Counted from the whole stretch's first letter, positions 49,900 to 62,910 are shown. The stretch is 63,764 bases of DNA, filler included, from Polymyxa betae A26-41 (GCA_003693705.1; 5 parts of 5 records of this genome joined end to end with filler, not necessarily neighbours in it), one strand, 5' to 3'. Numbers and translations: made by a program. Notes: generated by a model from the sequence alone, not told the origin.

Positions 49900-51250
49900 T
49901 AGCAAAGGAATGTCAGGAAATGCTTTCCTTTATGACAGACCAAGCTGTTTTTCTATGGATCGAATTCGATCCGAGCTGATTGAGATTGGCGACCACGAAA
50001 GGGTTGAAGATCGCTGCCTCGGACTCCGCATCGCCCGGAAATTCCCGGACGATACATCTAAGAAGGAGATCCTCCGACAGCGACTGACGTGGTCTGAGAT
50101 CAAACATGATCTCAAACTTGAGCGCAGCCTCCTTCCATCTGCGCATCATAAACCAGCCATGTCTAGTCTACACCCTCAGCCAGCAAACCTTCCGAGACAA
50201 TGTTTTACACTTACTGCAAAAAGAAAAACCATGTCCGAGAGGATTGCAAGAAGCGCAACTACGAGGAGTCCAAGGTCACTGAGCGAACCGATCAACAGCC
50301 TTCAAAGAAAGGTAAAATCGGTTCCCTGATCGATCAAGAAATTCAAAATAAATTGGATAAATTTGATGCTTACTCAAATCTCCCTTCTTATGTAGAATTT
50401 TTAGTTGATAGCGGATGCACAAGCCACGCAATAGGCCGGAGACAAAAATATATTTGTCACTTTCACTCCATACTCCAACCGTAGCCGCCGAGTTCAGATG
50501 GCTGATAAGTCTGAATATCAGTAGAAGCAACTGGAACAGTCTCCATCAAAACGTCACCATTACAGAGTACGGATTCAGTCACGCTGAACCTACGAAACGT
50601 GAATTATATTCCCCAACTTTCCGGAAATTATTTTTCGGTAAGGGCAGCTGCGGACAGCGGCATAGACTACATGTTCCAATATGATCGCGCATTACTCTAT
50701 CCAACATAAAATCACAACAAAGAAACAAAATTTACATGACCGCAAATCCTGCTTTCGACCACCCTGGCATGCTCGCCTTGGGCACATTAGTAGAGATCGC
50801 CTGGAACTTCTCTGGCGAAAGAACATGGCCAACCGTATGAAAGAAACTAATCGGAAGAATTTCCTTTGCGAGTCCTGTATTCACGGAAAAGGAAAACGAA
50901 CCCCTTTCCGAACCCACTCAAAGAGTGCGAAGGCGACCGAGACGGACGAGTATCCACGGACCTATGCGGACCTATGCGCCAAACCCCCGCATTTGGCGGT
51001 GAGCTGACGCCATGATCATACTCGACCAGTATTCTCACTTTGCTGAAGTAGTTTCCCTGAGAAAATCCTCAGTATAAAGAACATCCAATTGGAGCGAACA
51101 ATGCCGCAAAGTTCTCAGGAGAATCAATTTCTGAACGAATACCGTATAACCACGGACATGACACGCTGTATGAGAGTATGCTGCACTATGCAGTGGTCTG
51201 TCTATATTCATAACAGAACACTACCTTTAAAATCCATAAAAGATCTGGAA
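49900..51250 (+). mobile_element. Decayed Ty1/Copia LTR retrotransposon (gag-protease-integrase)
   Basis: Zinc knuckle YCKKKNHVREDC, protease FLVDSGCTSH, GAG-pre-integrase WHARLGH...CESCIHGK and integrase start TDLCGPM in Copia order; many frameshifts. Confidence 0.9.
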
Positions 51251-52514
51251 ACTCAAGGTATCTCTTTTTCAAATAGAAAATTTACACAGATTAGCACACT
51301 TTTTTTGCTTATTACACAGAATAGCACAGGTTTAGCCCCATCTTGGTCTCGTCCTATTGATAACGACATGACTTCTCTCAGATAAATATCAAAAAGGTCT
51401 CATTGCCGTATTCTCTCCGTTTTGGATCGCGAGTAGCGATGGAGGCGGCGCCGAAATCTGTTACGTGCTTTTGACGCTTTCAAAACGCCAAGCGAGGGTC
51501 GCTGTTGGCTGAAGACGGCCTTATAAAGCTGTGATCAAGACCCAGTATCGATAACAGATATTCAAAGGTGGCTTCTTAAAACTCAATAGAGTGATGGAGC
51601 AGCAAAATATTCCGTAAAGACGCTTTTATACGAGTGATGGCAAAATTCTTGCCTTTACGGGGATGCAAATGCATTTTTGGTCATATCAAAAAGATCAACA
51701 GATATTTTGTTTTTCTTATTTTATGCAGTCCATTTGCTGGCAGAATCAGCTGAAATTACAAAATAAGCGAATTCTATCGACTCGTGATAAAATGAGTAAA
51801 ATAGTTCGCCAAAATATAGTGGAGTCAGTTCATGATGAGAAGTTGCTTGAACGAAGCCGATGAGAGCCAGTATGTCCCCGCAAAGAATATAATACGGTTC
51901 TTTTCAAAGTTGATAAATTCTCAAGGAAAAGATCGTCAATCGCTGGCACAATAGCCTGGCCTTCCGTGATCAGTTAATCCCACAGAAGATAGCGTTACGA
52001 GTTTGAACGCCTATCGGTAACGTTTGAAGACCTCGAATGTGATCGCATTCGATCCAAATAGTATGTCGAGGCCGATGCTAAAGAGCGGTATGGGCTGGTG
52101 CATTGGACTGGTGAGCAGACAGCACGACCCCATGACCCCATCATCCAACCATCCCATGGCACCATCACGCCCAAGCAGGCGGCCTAGCGCTGGGTCTGAA
52201 CAACCAGCGACCCCACTCCCCCGCGACCTCATCACCTTCACAAACAGAAGGCCGCATTTAACGGCAACATCGCAGCCAAAGCATCATTGAATATGTTCAC
52301 TCCGCCTTGCTTGAGACGAAGGGAAGATTCCCCACGAAGTCGGCCGATTCGTCACAGCCGAATGGGTTAACTCAGCAGACAGCGTGCGGACATTTTCGGA
52401 AAGGGCTGCGCATAATGGGTCGTACTGCCTCCATATTGCCTTCCCTCTCTCGCATGCCATTGCCTCATTGGTTATTCGTATTCAAATCGTCGTTGTCGGC
52501 CGTGGCCCGTCGCC

Positions 52515-53889
52515 ATGCCCTCCCCGGCAACGGCGCCGCTTCTGTCGACGCTGTTTCTCGTCGTCGTCAGCGTACTGGCCACGGACGCCGACAACCCCGC
52601 CGCTATCACCGACCTCTTCCCGGAGCTGATCGACCTGGTGGTCGAACGAGTCGACGAGCTCCGCGACCTCGTCGAGTTCAGCCGCGTTTCGAAACGTTTC
52701 GCTGCAGTAACGCGGCCGGCCCGTAATGTCGGCCGTCTGTTCCGCAACCCGCGTCGTACTGACCCGGACGTCCTCCTCGCCCTGATCTCCGACCTTTGCC
52801 TGAATCAAAGCCCGCAGGTCCGTCGCCTTCTCCGCCAGCCCATCGATTACGAACAGGCAATCGGCCTTATTGATCGCCTGGTGGCCAGTACGGCCCCGGC
52901 CGAGCACGTGGCCTCCGCCCTGTCCTTTCTAGTCCGGGAGTGCAGCGGCGACGTCATCAGCGACGTGATTTCCGGCTGCGTGGCTCCGTGCGTGGCCCCG
53001 AGCGTGGCCCCCGACGATCAGGACGAATTTCGCGCGCATCTGTCGGATTCGCATTCTGGTGCGCGGCCTCGACTTCTGCAACCGCCGTCCGACGGCCCTG
53101 CCCGCGGCCGTGCTGGTCCAGATTCAAATTTTCTTCTCGCATCCGAACTCCGACCTGATCCTGCTCTTCGACGGCGATGTCGACGCGGTCTGCGACCAAT
53201 ATCCGACGCCGTGGTGGGGCCTGTTCCCGAATAACGCAGCCCTCGCGGAGTATTTGTTGGCCCTGCCGGAGGTCCGACCTCTGCTGCAGGCGCCGCCCGT
53301 CCTCGTCGATCTGCTCCGATTCGGCGTCCGCTTTGAATTCGCCGCGTTCCTCACGCTATTGAAGGACATCTCCGGCGTCGTACTGGCCCAGCTGTATCCG
53401 TTTCTGGTCCGTCGCACGAATATGGATTGGGCCGGTGTACTCGTCGGCTTCATCCAGGAGAATAATGTGTCGGCGATTGATGCGCTGTTTCGGATCGCGG
53501 ACTTCGGGGAGCGAATGGAGGCTGCGCCCTCGGAGTTTGTTGAGGTCGCCATGGTGGCTGTGAAACAGAAACGCACCGACATCTTCGTGACGATGGCGCT
53601 GCATCCGCTGATGCGTCGCGTCTGTAACGAAAAGGTCGCCGGTACGACCCTGTTCCACGTGGCGGTCCAGCACAGCCGCACCCGCATGGTCGACGTGCTT
53701 CTGTCGTTCCCGGAGCTGATTTTCACGGTTCGGGATTGGCGCGGCCACACCCCCATGTATTACACGCAGTGGAGGCCGCGGATGCGGTTCCGGCTGTTGC
53801 GGGAGATGTCGGTCCGGAAGATCGTGTACGGCATTGAGACGGAGTCCGCAGGATGGCTGACCCGCGCTCTGAAAGAGTATGTCTGGTGA
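52515..53889 (+). CDS. Signal peptide + F-box-like motif + C-terminal ankyrin repeats (~446 aa, 2 exons)
   Basis: Starts MPSPATAPLLSTLFLVVVSVLA; F-box-like ITDLFPELIDLVVERVDELRDLVEFSRVSKRF; ankyrin GTTLFHVAVQHSRTRMVDVLL...DWRGHTPMYY. Phase-2 intron 52988-53021 (or 52940-53021) joins the two ORFs; GC3-rich codons. Confidence 0.78.
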
Positions 53890-54030
53890 TTCGTGTCTAT
53901 CTATCTGGAGTCTTGCAGAAAGTTTTAGAGCTTTTATCACGTTTAGAATTGTAATACAAACAAAATTTCACAAAATCTGCTTCTTTGGTTTGGAGTTTTT
54001 GAATTTTAATCTTTGACCTCAGTAGGACGC

Positions 54031-54830
54031 TTACATAGAATTTGTAAAATGAATGAGATTTTGAAAAGGTTCAAAGTGCCTGAATACAACGTTGTATTGA
54101 AAGCTAGAGATGGTATTAGCCAGATTTGAAGGATGATGCGGAGAGCTCATTTGGAGTCTACAAAAAGAAAAACACCACCATGATAATCTCGTCGCACCCT
54201 TTGAATCCAGCAACCACTTACGGTGCCAAAGGCCGCGTCCAGCCTCATACTGGATTGGATTGGATTGGATTATTCTAGTTCGTTGAAAATTTTTTGAAAA
54301 ATCAAAAAATGGATCCAAGACACGAATTTTTCCTAACAGTAAAAATTTATGCGTGGGACTCTTATTTCCGAACAGAGGTAGTATTTCGGTGATCAATCGA
54401 TGTTCGGATTAATTGCATAGTAGCCGGTCAGGGGCCGCGCCAATTCTTCGGCGTCCGTATGACCCACACGTCGTCGTCTATGGCCGATACCGTCCAGCCG
54501 CCGCCGCCGCCCGTCACGGTTGGTCAACAGGCGGTGCTCTATCCGAAACGCATGGCTGATAGTACTCAGGCGTCTGGTCATAACATCTATCAGTGCTTCT
54601 ACTTCCAATTTCGAAGCGGGTCATTATTACACCCATGCCAGCCTCAAACTATCTATTTTCGATTGAAGTCAAGTTGACATGTAAATAAATTGGCCTAAAA
54701 GTGGCCGACGGCCTAAAATGGCCGAATTTCCGTGGGTGCAGTTTCCGTTTACAATTGGCCTAATATAATGGCCTAATCTGGCCCAAATGGCATAAAGCTC
54801 ACTGTGAATCAAAAACCCTAAACCCTGCCC
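54031..54830. mobile_element. Possible hAT-like DNA transposon remnant
   Basis: Minus-strand frame with LSWW...SNLA, and a cluster of GGCCTA/GGCCGA subterminal-type motifs at 54688-54790. Confidence 0.25.
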
Positions 54831-56245
54831 TACAACGTTAGTAGCCAGTTTCCAGTTGGAATGGGCAGGGCCCATTCTGATCGATTGTAGCAGTCTTTGT
54901 AAAGCTCTCAGGTGGAATTCATGACAGCTCCGATTCGGTTTCCATTCACAATATCAAACTAACAGAGCTAGCAAAAGAACATAATACAAATCAAAACAGG
55001 TCGAGCTGCCGTGGCGATGGCTCTTTGTTGCCTGATCCTACAGGTGAGAAGTCGTTTTTCTGATGGAGCTGAGCTAACTTTCAAATGCGAACACTGCAAA
55101 TGTTCGTCAAGAAACAAGGCGTTGCGTCAGCAGTTATCCAGTCCTCCCATCCCCTGATAGGGCACTTTCTAAGAAAGATATTTTCTCTTTAATTTGTTGT
55201 AGTCTAAGTAGAATCTAACAGTCGAAAAATTTTTCAGCGTAAACATAACGTGCAGGCGCCGAAACGTTAGGACCCAGGTGGTCCATACGCATATTCATGA
55301 CAGAGCTGTTGCTTTCGGAACGTCTACAGAGCAAATGGATACCGGCGAACGTAGGCTGCCTTGCCAATATAGGATAGCAGACCCTTGCTTGTCGATGTTT
55401 GTTATCTGTCGTCACCCTCCAGCCGTTTTAGAGCAGAGTGCCGCCAGTACTTTCTGGTATTCCACGGTTCCTGTTGTCAGTAGCCTCGCTCCCGATAGCA
55501 GCGCGACCACTTTTTTGCAGGAGCCGCGCAACCAAGAAGTGCGAAGTAGCTACAACGTTCCACTTCAGACGCCAGATGTCAGAACTTGAGAATGGCCGTG
55601 ATTCTACTCTGTCAAGAATGTTCTAAGAACATTCCGTAGATGTACTTCAACGGACTTGGACAGCAGACAGATTCCATTCCGCTAACCTCCATTAATACAT
55701 TCGCTTTCGCTTTTCACAAGTCCGACTCTAGCCCGCTTTCGCCCAACATCCCTGACACCTGTAGCGATTATCAGTTAACCAACGTTGCCGACTGTCTTCG
55801 TCTGTCAGTTACCCGCCCCTCTGCGGATGCGCTCTGCATCTGTCGTTTTCTGGTATGATCAATACCATCGGGTGGATGCAAAAGACTAAAGTCATAATGA
55901 CAGTAATAACCATCGTTTCGCATGCGTTTTGCGACGATACTTATCTGCCTCTCCGGTTTGATTCACTTCATTCAGCAACACTCCGGCCTTGATTCGGATA
56001 TCCAGGCCCAAGGTGACGGGTTGCGCTGTATTCGGACATTCAGACAGGAACCGCAGTTGCCAAGAGTATCAATGAAGAAACTCAGTGGGACATATAGGCC
56101 GGCAAAAATGACGCTCGCCTTGTGGCAGAGAGCCCACGAAACCCTAGCCCTGCCGCTTCCCCGCTATCACTGGGCGGTGAAGACTGGTCAGCTGGAGGTT
56201 GAGCGGTCTCAACTGCAATCAATGAGTCCGGCTGACGACGCCCTG

Positions 56246-56247
<2 letters not shown>

Positions 56248-56282
<35 letters not shown>

Positions 56283-56310
56283 GAGAGAGATAGACAGAGA
56301 GACTGAGAGA
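56248..56310. repeat. (GA)n microsatellite
   Basis: About 15 perfect AG units plus a degenerate extension. Confidence 0.95.
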
Positions 56311-57140
56311 ACCGCACACTTGCTCGGCGCTATTTCCGGAGGGCTGCGTAAAATACCCCATAGTGGCATAGTCCTTACAATCTTCTAATGTTAAATAGTA
56401 CGCCTGGATGGTACGCCAATCGCTCTCACATTGCAATCAGTGTTAGTCTAGAGCTATGCAGACCTAATACCTAGCTGGAGCTTAGGGCTCCCAAAAATTC
56501 AACAAACCGCATTCGCAGAGCTGGAGATTTGAATACTTTTATTCAATACAAACTACATAGCCATAAGCCGTGTTTAAATCACCAAACAGAATGTTTAAAA
56601 AGCTTCTAGGCGAGCCATGAATGCGTCGTGGATGCATCAAAAGGCAAGGAATCCTGTATCGAGAAAGGATAAGAATTTGTCTGAAGTAATGTTGCGTGGT
56701 TGCGCCCTCAAGTTTCTGACTTTCTGTACGGCAGAACAAAGACTCCGCAGTAGCAAAAGTCGCTTGAAGGTGAAAGACTTCCGAAAGGATCAAGAAGCAC
56801 TGTTGGTTGCTGAACAATGTCCTCGACAAGGGTTTTCCGCACTGAAGGGTTATTGTGCCGCCTTCTCGCCAACATTTGGCGCAGAAAGCTCCAATAAACC
56901 AAATCAAACCAAGAGCGCAGCCCTTTCTAAAAAGGACCTTGCTCAACGTACGCCATGTCCTACATACAGAACGGAAATGCGAACGACCTGCGACGCTGTC
57001 GAACACGCAGCTTCTGTTCGCCAGCGTCATTGGTGTTGAAGCCGAAGGAATGAGTTGTCTTAGAGGATCTGTTTAATCCCATGTATCATAGTCTATAGAT
57101 CAATAAAGAGGTAGATCTTGTTGAAGCCTGCAGTGGCAGT

Positions 57141-57240
57141 NNNNNNNNNNNNNNNNNNNNNNNNNNNNNNNNNNNNNNNNNNNNTTAATTAATTAANNNN
57201 NNNNNNNNNNNNNNNNNNNNNNNNNNNNNNNNNNNNNNNN
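57141..57240. other. Assembly gap with TTAATTAATTAA linker
   Basis: 100-bp N run. Confidence 0.98.
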
Positions 57241-57245
57241 TTTTT

Positions 57246-57445
57246 GAAGGAGGGGAGTGTGTCAATATATACGCAATAATTGACTAACCTCCGATCGGAC
57301 CTGACTGAACCCCGATGATCGGAAACTGTCCGAGTTCCGAGCTAACCTCCGATCTTAGTGATATATAAGGGCTTGTAATCCATCTACTATAATCATTCTG
57401 CATTAATCATTACAACTGTAATATCAATTTAGTAGACTTGCTACA
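57246..57445 (+). mobile_element. Polypurine tract + 3' LTR of an LTR retrotransposon inserted into the adjacent Gypsy pol
   Basis: GAAGGAGGGGAG, then TGTCAA...TATATAA...CTACA; directly abuts a truncated RT frame. Confidence 0.7.
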
Positions 57446-58192
57446 CTTGAACCAAAGTTTTGAATTGCCCAAATGTGTCACAATAGACTCTAGATAGGGC
57501 ATGGGCCATACAGTACTGTCAGACATGCATTTACTGCTCGTAAATCTACGCACATCCTCTGACCACCATCTTGCCTTTTAACCGCCAACACTGACAAAGC
57601 CCATTTTGAATTATGATTCTTATAAATGAAACCTCTCTTTGCTAGATCATCAGTAAAGTTTTTAGGAACTCACTCTGCTCCAAATTATACTTTCTAGGAT
57701 GAGGTTTATACGGCTTAGCGTCTGGCTTTAGCGTAGTAAGAAATGGAGTCACCTTTGCAGGTACATCTGGTACCATCCTAATCCTAAACACATTTATGTA
57801 CTTATTCAATAATGCACTTAGTTTACTGATCCATTGCTGAGGTAATCCCGCATTGGTTGTTCGAGCACTTGCTCTCCCAATACAAACTCTGATTTCTTCA
57901 AGTTCAAGATCCTTTAGAGTGTACCCTTCTGACCTTGAGGCTTGGCTTTCTGAAAATTCGAAGCTGTCAAATTTTCAAGAGCTTGATTAGGATCAATTCC
58001 TAGGGATTCCAAAATGTCACTACCTAGTATCATTTCGTCACCTGGGATATCCCAAACTAAAAATTTGCAACTTTTCATTGGCACCTGGCCTGAATGTGGC
58101 AAAATTTTAATATCCAAATTCAGAGTTTCATGAACCTCTATGGTACTCTGGTTGTCTCCTAGTTTGATTAAAATTGGCTTTTCTAGATGCTG
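57446..58192 (-). mobile_element. Ty3/Gypsy pol fragment (post-protease region to RT N-terminus)
   Basis: Minus strand reads EMILGSDILESLGIDP and PAKVTPF..LKPDAKP..KWALSVLAVK..GQRMCVDLRAVN. Confidence 0.85.
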
Positions 58193-60750
58193 TGTAGTGC
58201 AGTAATAATTGCGATCACTTATTGCGCCCTACTTTAACTGATATGTTACATGTTATGTTACATGAAGCCTTGGAAGGTCCCATAACGAGAATTTGCAATC
58301 CTTTCTCTATATAAGGAGCATTAATGCCGTGGCAATAAACAGATTACTTTTTCATTAGTATTTCTTATTTTGGTTGAGACAATTATTCTAGTGCTACGAA
58401 TTTTGGAGACGCGATGTCGAGTGCGACTGGTGCTCGTAACTCCCAGGATTTTATGGTGGTGGATGATCAGCCATCCATGACCGCAGGTCAAAATCCATCA
58501 ATTGCTGAAGACCAGCGGCAGTCACAAATGCCGTTTGGTGCCTGGTTGGCATCTACTCTATCGAGTGATAGGGTTGCGGGTGCCATGGTTCATGTGGAGG
58601 CAAATAGGGCACCAGTGCTCCGCTCCACTGATACGTATGAAATTTTGAACTGGCTGGCGAATTCCGCGTTTATATTCTCCGTGTGGAAGATGCTTGTAGA
58701 GCCAGTGTTGGCCATATCCCTGGGCCACGCAGTGTTGTGTCCATGATTGATCCTCCATTATTGCAGATGATTGCCGAGCGCATCTAAAAATAAATATTGA
58801 CAGATGAAGTGCTGCTCGGCTTTTTGAATGAGTACGTGAAGAAAGACAAGACTTCTCATTCGAGGGTCGATGTCATCTTTAAGGAAGAACTCAAAATGGA
58901 TATGAACATAAAGTCACCGTTTGCTCGGTTGGACGCCCTTGTGTGTTTGATGGATGAGATCACCCGACGACACAACCTGCAGGATGTGTTTAACAGCGAT
59001 GTTGGCAAGAATTAGGTGCTCTTCATGTTGAACCGTCGCAACCATATTGTTTGCGACAGCATATGCGCACGATTGGGGAGATTACGCGGCCTGAACTTCA
59101 AAATAACCCTGAGCTGTTTTTTGAAGAGGCTGGAAAGCAGATCCCCTTGTTTGAAAGTGACGTTGTTATGCAGAGCCCTCCAGGCTCTCATAAACGAAAG
59201 TCTACCGAAATGGGCCATGCGAAGGGTAAGAATTCTGCAACAAAGTTTTCCAAGCAGGAAATAACCTGCTTCAAGTGCGTTCAGCCCGGGCATCGGATGT
59301 CTGGGTGCCCGATGCAACCATCTGTTACAGAACAGGAGGAGATATTCAAACGTCAGCGTGACATGAAGAAAGGAAATAAACACATTAAGAAGTCCTCTTA
59401 CGCTTTTGCAGCGCGAATTTCGGATAGTGAACGCTTGAATGGACAAAGTAAATATGACGCTTCAGTGGAAGTGAAATTTGCTAATGGACAGGTAAATTGC
59501 GTGGGCATTCTGGATAGCGGTTCAGATCTTACCATCATACCAGAGTCTTTGGGTCTTTGGTTGATAGGTTCCTGAAGTTATGGATTAACTTAAGGATGAT
59601 TCCGCTTCCAGAGCCATTGACTGTGACTTTGGCTAATAATGTCACTGCAACAATTACAAGGAAAGTTCTCCTTGATATTACTTTACAGACCATGGCGGGT
59701 AATGTTGTTATTCCGGACCAACCGTGCTTGATCTGGAACACACCATGAAATGAAGTTTTTCTTGGGAATGGTTTATTACGGACCATTGGAATTGATCCAA
59801 AATCTGCTTTGGAAAATTTCATTCTGAAACAGGATAGTCAGATTACTGAAAATCAAACCAGTGATGAATTTGATATTGCAATAATACCTGAGGTTGGTAT
59901 TGATTGCGATTTTGACATGGAAAATCTACCGAAGCAGAAAGTGCAAGATTGTCTGGTAAATGGAATGTCGGAAAGATTCAGTGAGAAACTTTTGCGACTA
60001 TTACTAAGTGTAATAAATGTATGGAGACGGAAGTTGTTAGGATCGAGTAAAAGGTCCCCTTTTATTGGTTAGATAAGCGGTGCGATGACTCGGGATCGGA
60101 GGGTAGGACGCGGGGGACCGGGGTCCTGCAACGGAGCGACGTCAGGGAGTCCTCGGAGGCGGAGCGGCGGGCACGGATGGGAGGCGAGGGGACCCGCGCA
60201 GTCCGTGACAGTTAGGGCTCTTCCCTAGAACAGTCGTCAGCAGGGGCGCAGTCCACCGCGCAGCCCCTCAGGGAGGGCCAGTACGACTGCCTGGAGGTCG
60301 GCTGGGCGGCTGCGCGTACTGTCATGCTCAATGGCATGACAGAAGTTAGGTCCGGATCGGCCTGCATTTGTAACTCCGATGAAAACAGAGCTAATTGCAG
60401 ATTGTAAACCTGTGCGTTGTAAAGCTCGCTTATATACAAAAGAGCGAAGTGAATTCTTGCATGAATTTACAACTCAGCTCAAGCAATGTGGATTTGTATA
60501 TGAGAATTACAATAGCCGATGGGCATGTCCAGTCTTAGTTGTTGCAAAACCTGGCAAACAACATGAATTTCGAATGTGTGTTGAACTGAGAGCTGTAAAT
60601 TTTTTGTGTGAAGCCACAGCTTGGCCGATGCCATTCCTTGAATTTATTGTAAAAAATCTAGCAGGATCTAGATATTGGTTTCTTCTGGATGCTTTTAAAG
60701 GATTTCGGATAATGCCTTTAGAGCCTGTTCCAAGTCGATGTGGCATTTAA
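58193..60750 (+). mobile_element. Decayed Ty3/Gypsy element: 5' LTR (58193-58398), PBS-like site, gag, protease, RT
   Basis: LTR TGTAG...TATATAA...AATAAA...CTACG followed by TTTTGGAGACGCG; CFKCVQPGHRMSGC knuckle; ILDSGSDLTII; SRWACPVLVVAKP..FRMCVELRAVN..WPMP..LDAFKGF. Confidence 0.9.
60035..60341 (-). mobile_element. Solo LTR (307 bp) with 5-bp TSD GAAGT
   Basis: TG...CA ends, GAAGT at 60030-60034 and 60342-60346, AATAAA on the minus strand. Excision restores the host pol frame NVWRRKLGPDRPAFVTPMK. Confidence 0.95.
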
Positions 60751-61849
60751 TTGCGCCATTTTTAAATCTGGTAAACAAACTTGAATAAAGAGCTTCTGGC
60801 CAGTCAGATTGCAGCGTTTATAAATAAAATTTCCGCAAGGTTTTAAGGTTGCTACTGCTGTCGATATCATCTCCATCGAAATGTCTGGTGACGATCTCAA
60901 CGACTCTGAAACAGCTATTCTCGCCGATGAATCAGGACTGCAGCGCCATATCGCATCGACAAAGAAACGAACCTGCCGCTTATCGAGGCGATGACAAATC
61001 CAGAAAACAACTCATTTTCCAGATGGGTGTTTATCGAAAATATTGAGCCTTTGAATGTCATGATTGGGAAGCTAAAAGATATCGAGGGATATTTTGTTGT
61101 TAGCTTGGGCCCACTAGAACAAATGAATTTTTGAATTCAAACAACAACTGTGAACTAAAAAAAGCAAGGCTTTTGCTGTCAATCTGGATGCATGGATGTC
61201 GACAGAGACAGTATCATACAGGCTCTACTACTGCATGGAGGCCCCTATTATGAGTTAAGAGAGTATTTTATTAATGCATGATCGAGTTCGATAGAATGGC
61301 AGTATGAAGGCTCATCGAAGCGGGTGTAGAGGCATCAGAGCTCACCAGAGAGTCGCAAGTTTGGTGTGCTCTTTCAAAGCTATCATTTTGATATACTAAC
61401 GGTTAAAGAGCACAATTCACAGTGCACAAAAAAAACTAAACAAATACACCAACAATGCAAACTGCTCTGTCAGAAACTCGAGCGATTATAGTGAAGGTTA
61501 AATTAAACATGCAAACAAGATGTGCATCGGCAACTAGCATAAAAAGAGAGCTGTTCCGCAACTCAGAAACAAACTAGAAGTAGCATAAACATCAATCTGC
61601 ATTATCAGGAGCAGTAGTGACAGCTTGCAGAGCAAAGCCGAATGCCTAAACCACATCTAACAAGTACACTAATAAAAAATCAAAAACAGATTATCGAAAA
61701 ACGACGAAACCAGCAGATAGTCAGAAAGAGTAAATAAATATAAGGCGAAACATTTGTGATAGGCGCCGGGCTCAACCGCCTTGTGATATCTGGGCGTTTG
61801 CCAAGCACTTTGATGACAGAGTGTCCTTGAACTCAGAAACCACACTAAC

Positions 61850-62910
61850 AACACAGCCTCTAACGCCCCTCTTTTGTTATATCGGCGGCTGTATGGGCTC
61901 TTGGTGAACGACCATAATCATGACAGCTTGTCGACAATCCTAAAAGCAGCATCATCATTGGTTAACAGCAGCAAGTTTAGCAATACCAGTACCAGCATTA
62001 ACAGCATCATTAGAATTTGCAACATCAGATTTAGCAGCAGCAGTAATAACAACACCAGCAGAAACCGAAACAGCGAAAGTTGCAGAAACAGCAATATCAT
62101 GACTTTAGCAGCTCTTGTTGCAGAGCACCTTCATAATCATAATTCCTGAATTCCGTATAAATTATATAAAAAACAAAGCTAAAATTCTCTTAACAAAAGG
62201 ATCCCGTAAATTTACCAACTCCATAAACAAAATCAATAAACAGCTATTTAAGCGAAAGCCAAAAGACCCTTGATAAATTCAAGAGATACAGACCTCAGTT
62301 TACGTCAAAAAATTGTGGGAGGTTGGCCAACATTCGATATAGATTCTGGGCTCAACAGACTTGCAGCCTCTTGACGTTTGCGACAGAAAGCGGTTATCAG
62401 GCATCACGACGGCGCTGTGCTATTAAGCCAAGAGACGAGAGTCAGCCTCGACTGTTCGTCAGCGATCAATCACCGAACTGGCGACAGTGTGAGCGCCATG
62501 ACCTCGACCATGACAGAGTTTCATTAATCAGGACAGCAGCCGATGCAGAACTAGCATCAGCACCAATGGAGCATTACCTCAGTATCAGCATCAGCAGCCG
62601 GCATAATATTAATCGAAAACCCTAAATCACGTTTATAAAGATATATATCAAATCAATAAACATCAATAACTACAAAAGCAAGATCTCTTACTGATTGAAG
62701 CACAGAACACAATGGCAGAATACAATTGAGCCCAGAAACGACCGTCCAAAGTCAACCAGGCTCGACGCCACCATCATTCAAAAGGCGGCTCCGACGGCTT
62801 CATCATCTGGATTGGCGCCTGCTCTGTGTTCAGGATGAGGAGGGCGCTGTTCTACCACCAAGTCGTCCTTGCGCTGCGCTCGCGTTCAGGCGGCGGCAAA
62901 TCTATACCAG
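61850..62910 (-). pseudogene. Decayed multi-exon, Ala-rich gene fragment
   Basis: GC-richer exon-like blocks alternate with T-rich (minus-strand) intron-like blocks; all frames contain stops. Confidence 0.25.

Noticed and set aside
60225-60245. CTGACGA on the minus strand of the LTR, suggesting a hammerhead ribozyme (retrozyme)
   Set aside because: No stem II followed by GAAA in either copy, so the hammerhead core is incomplete.
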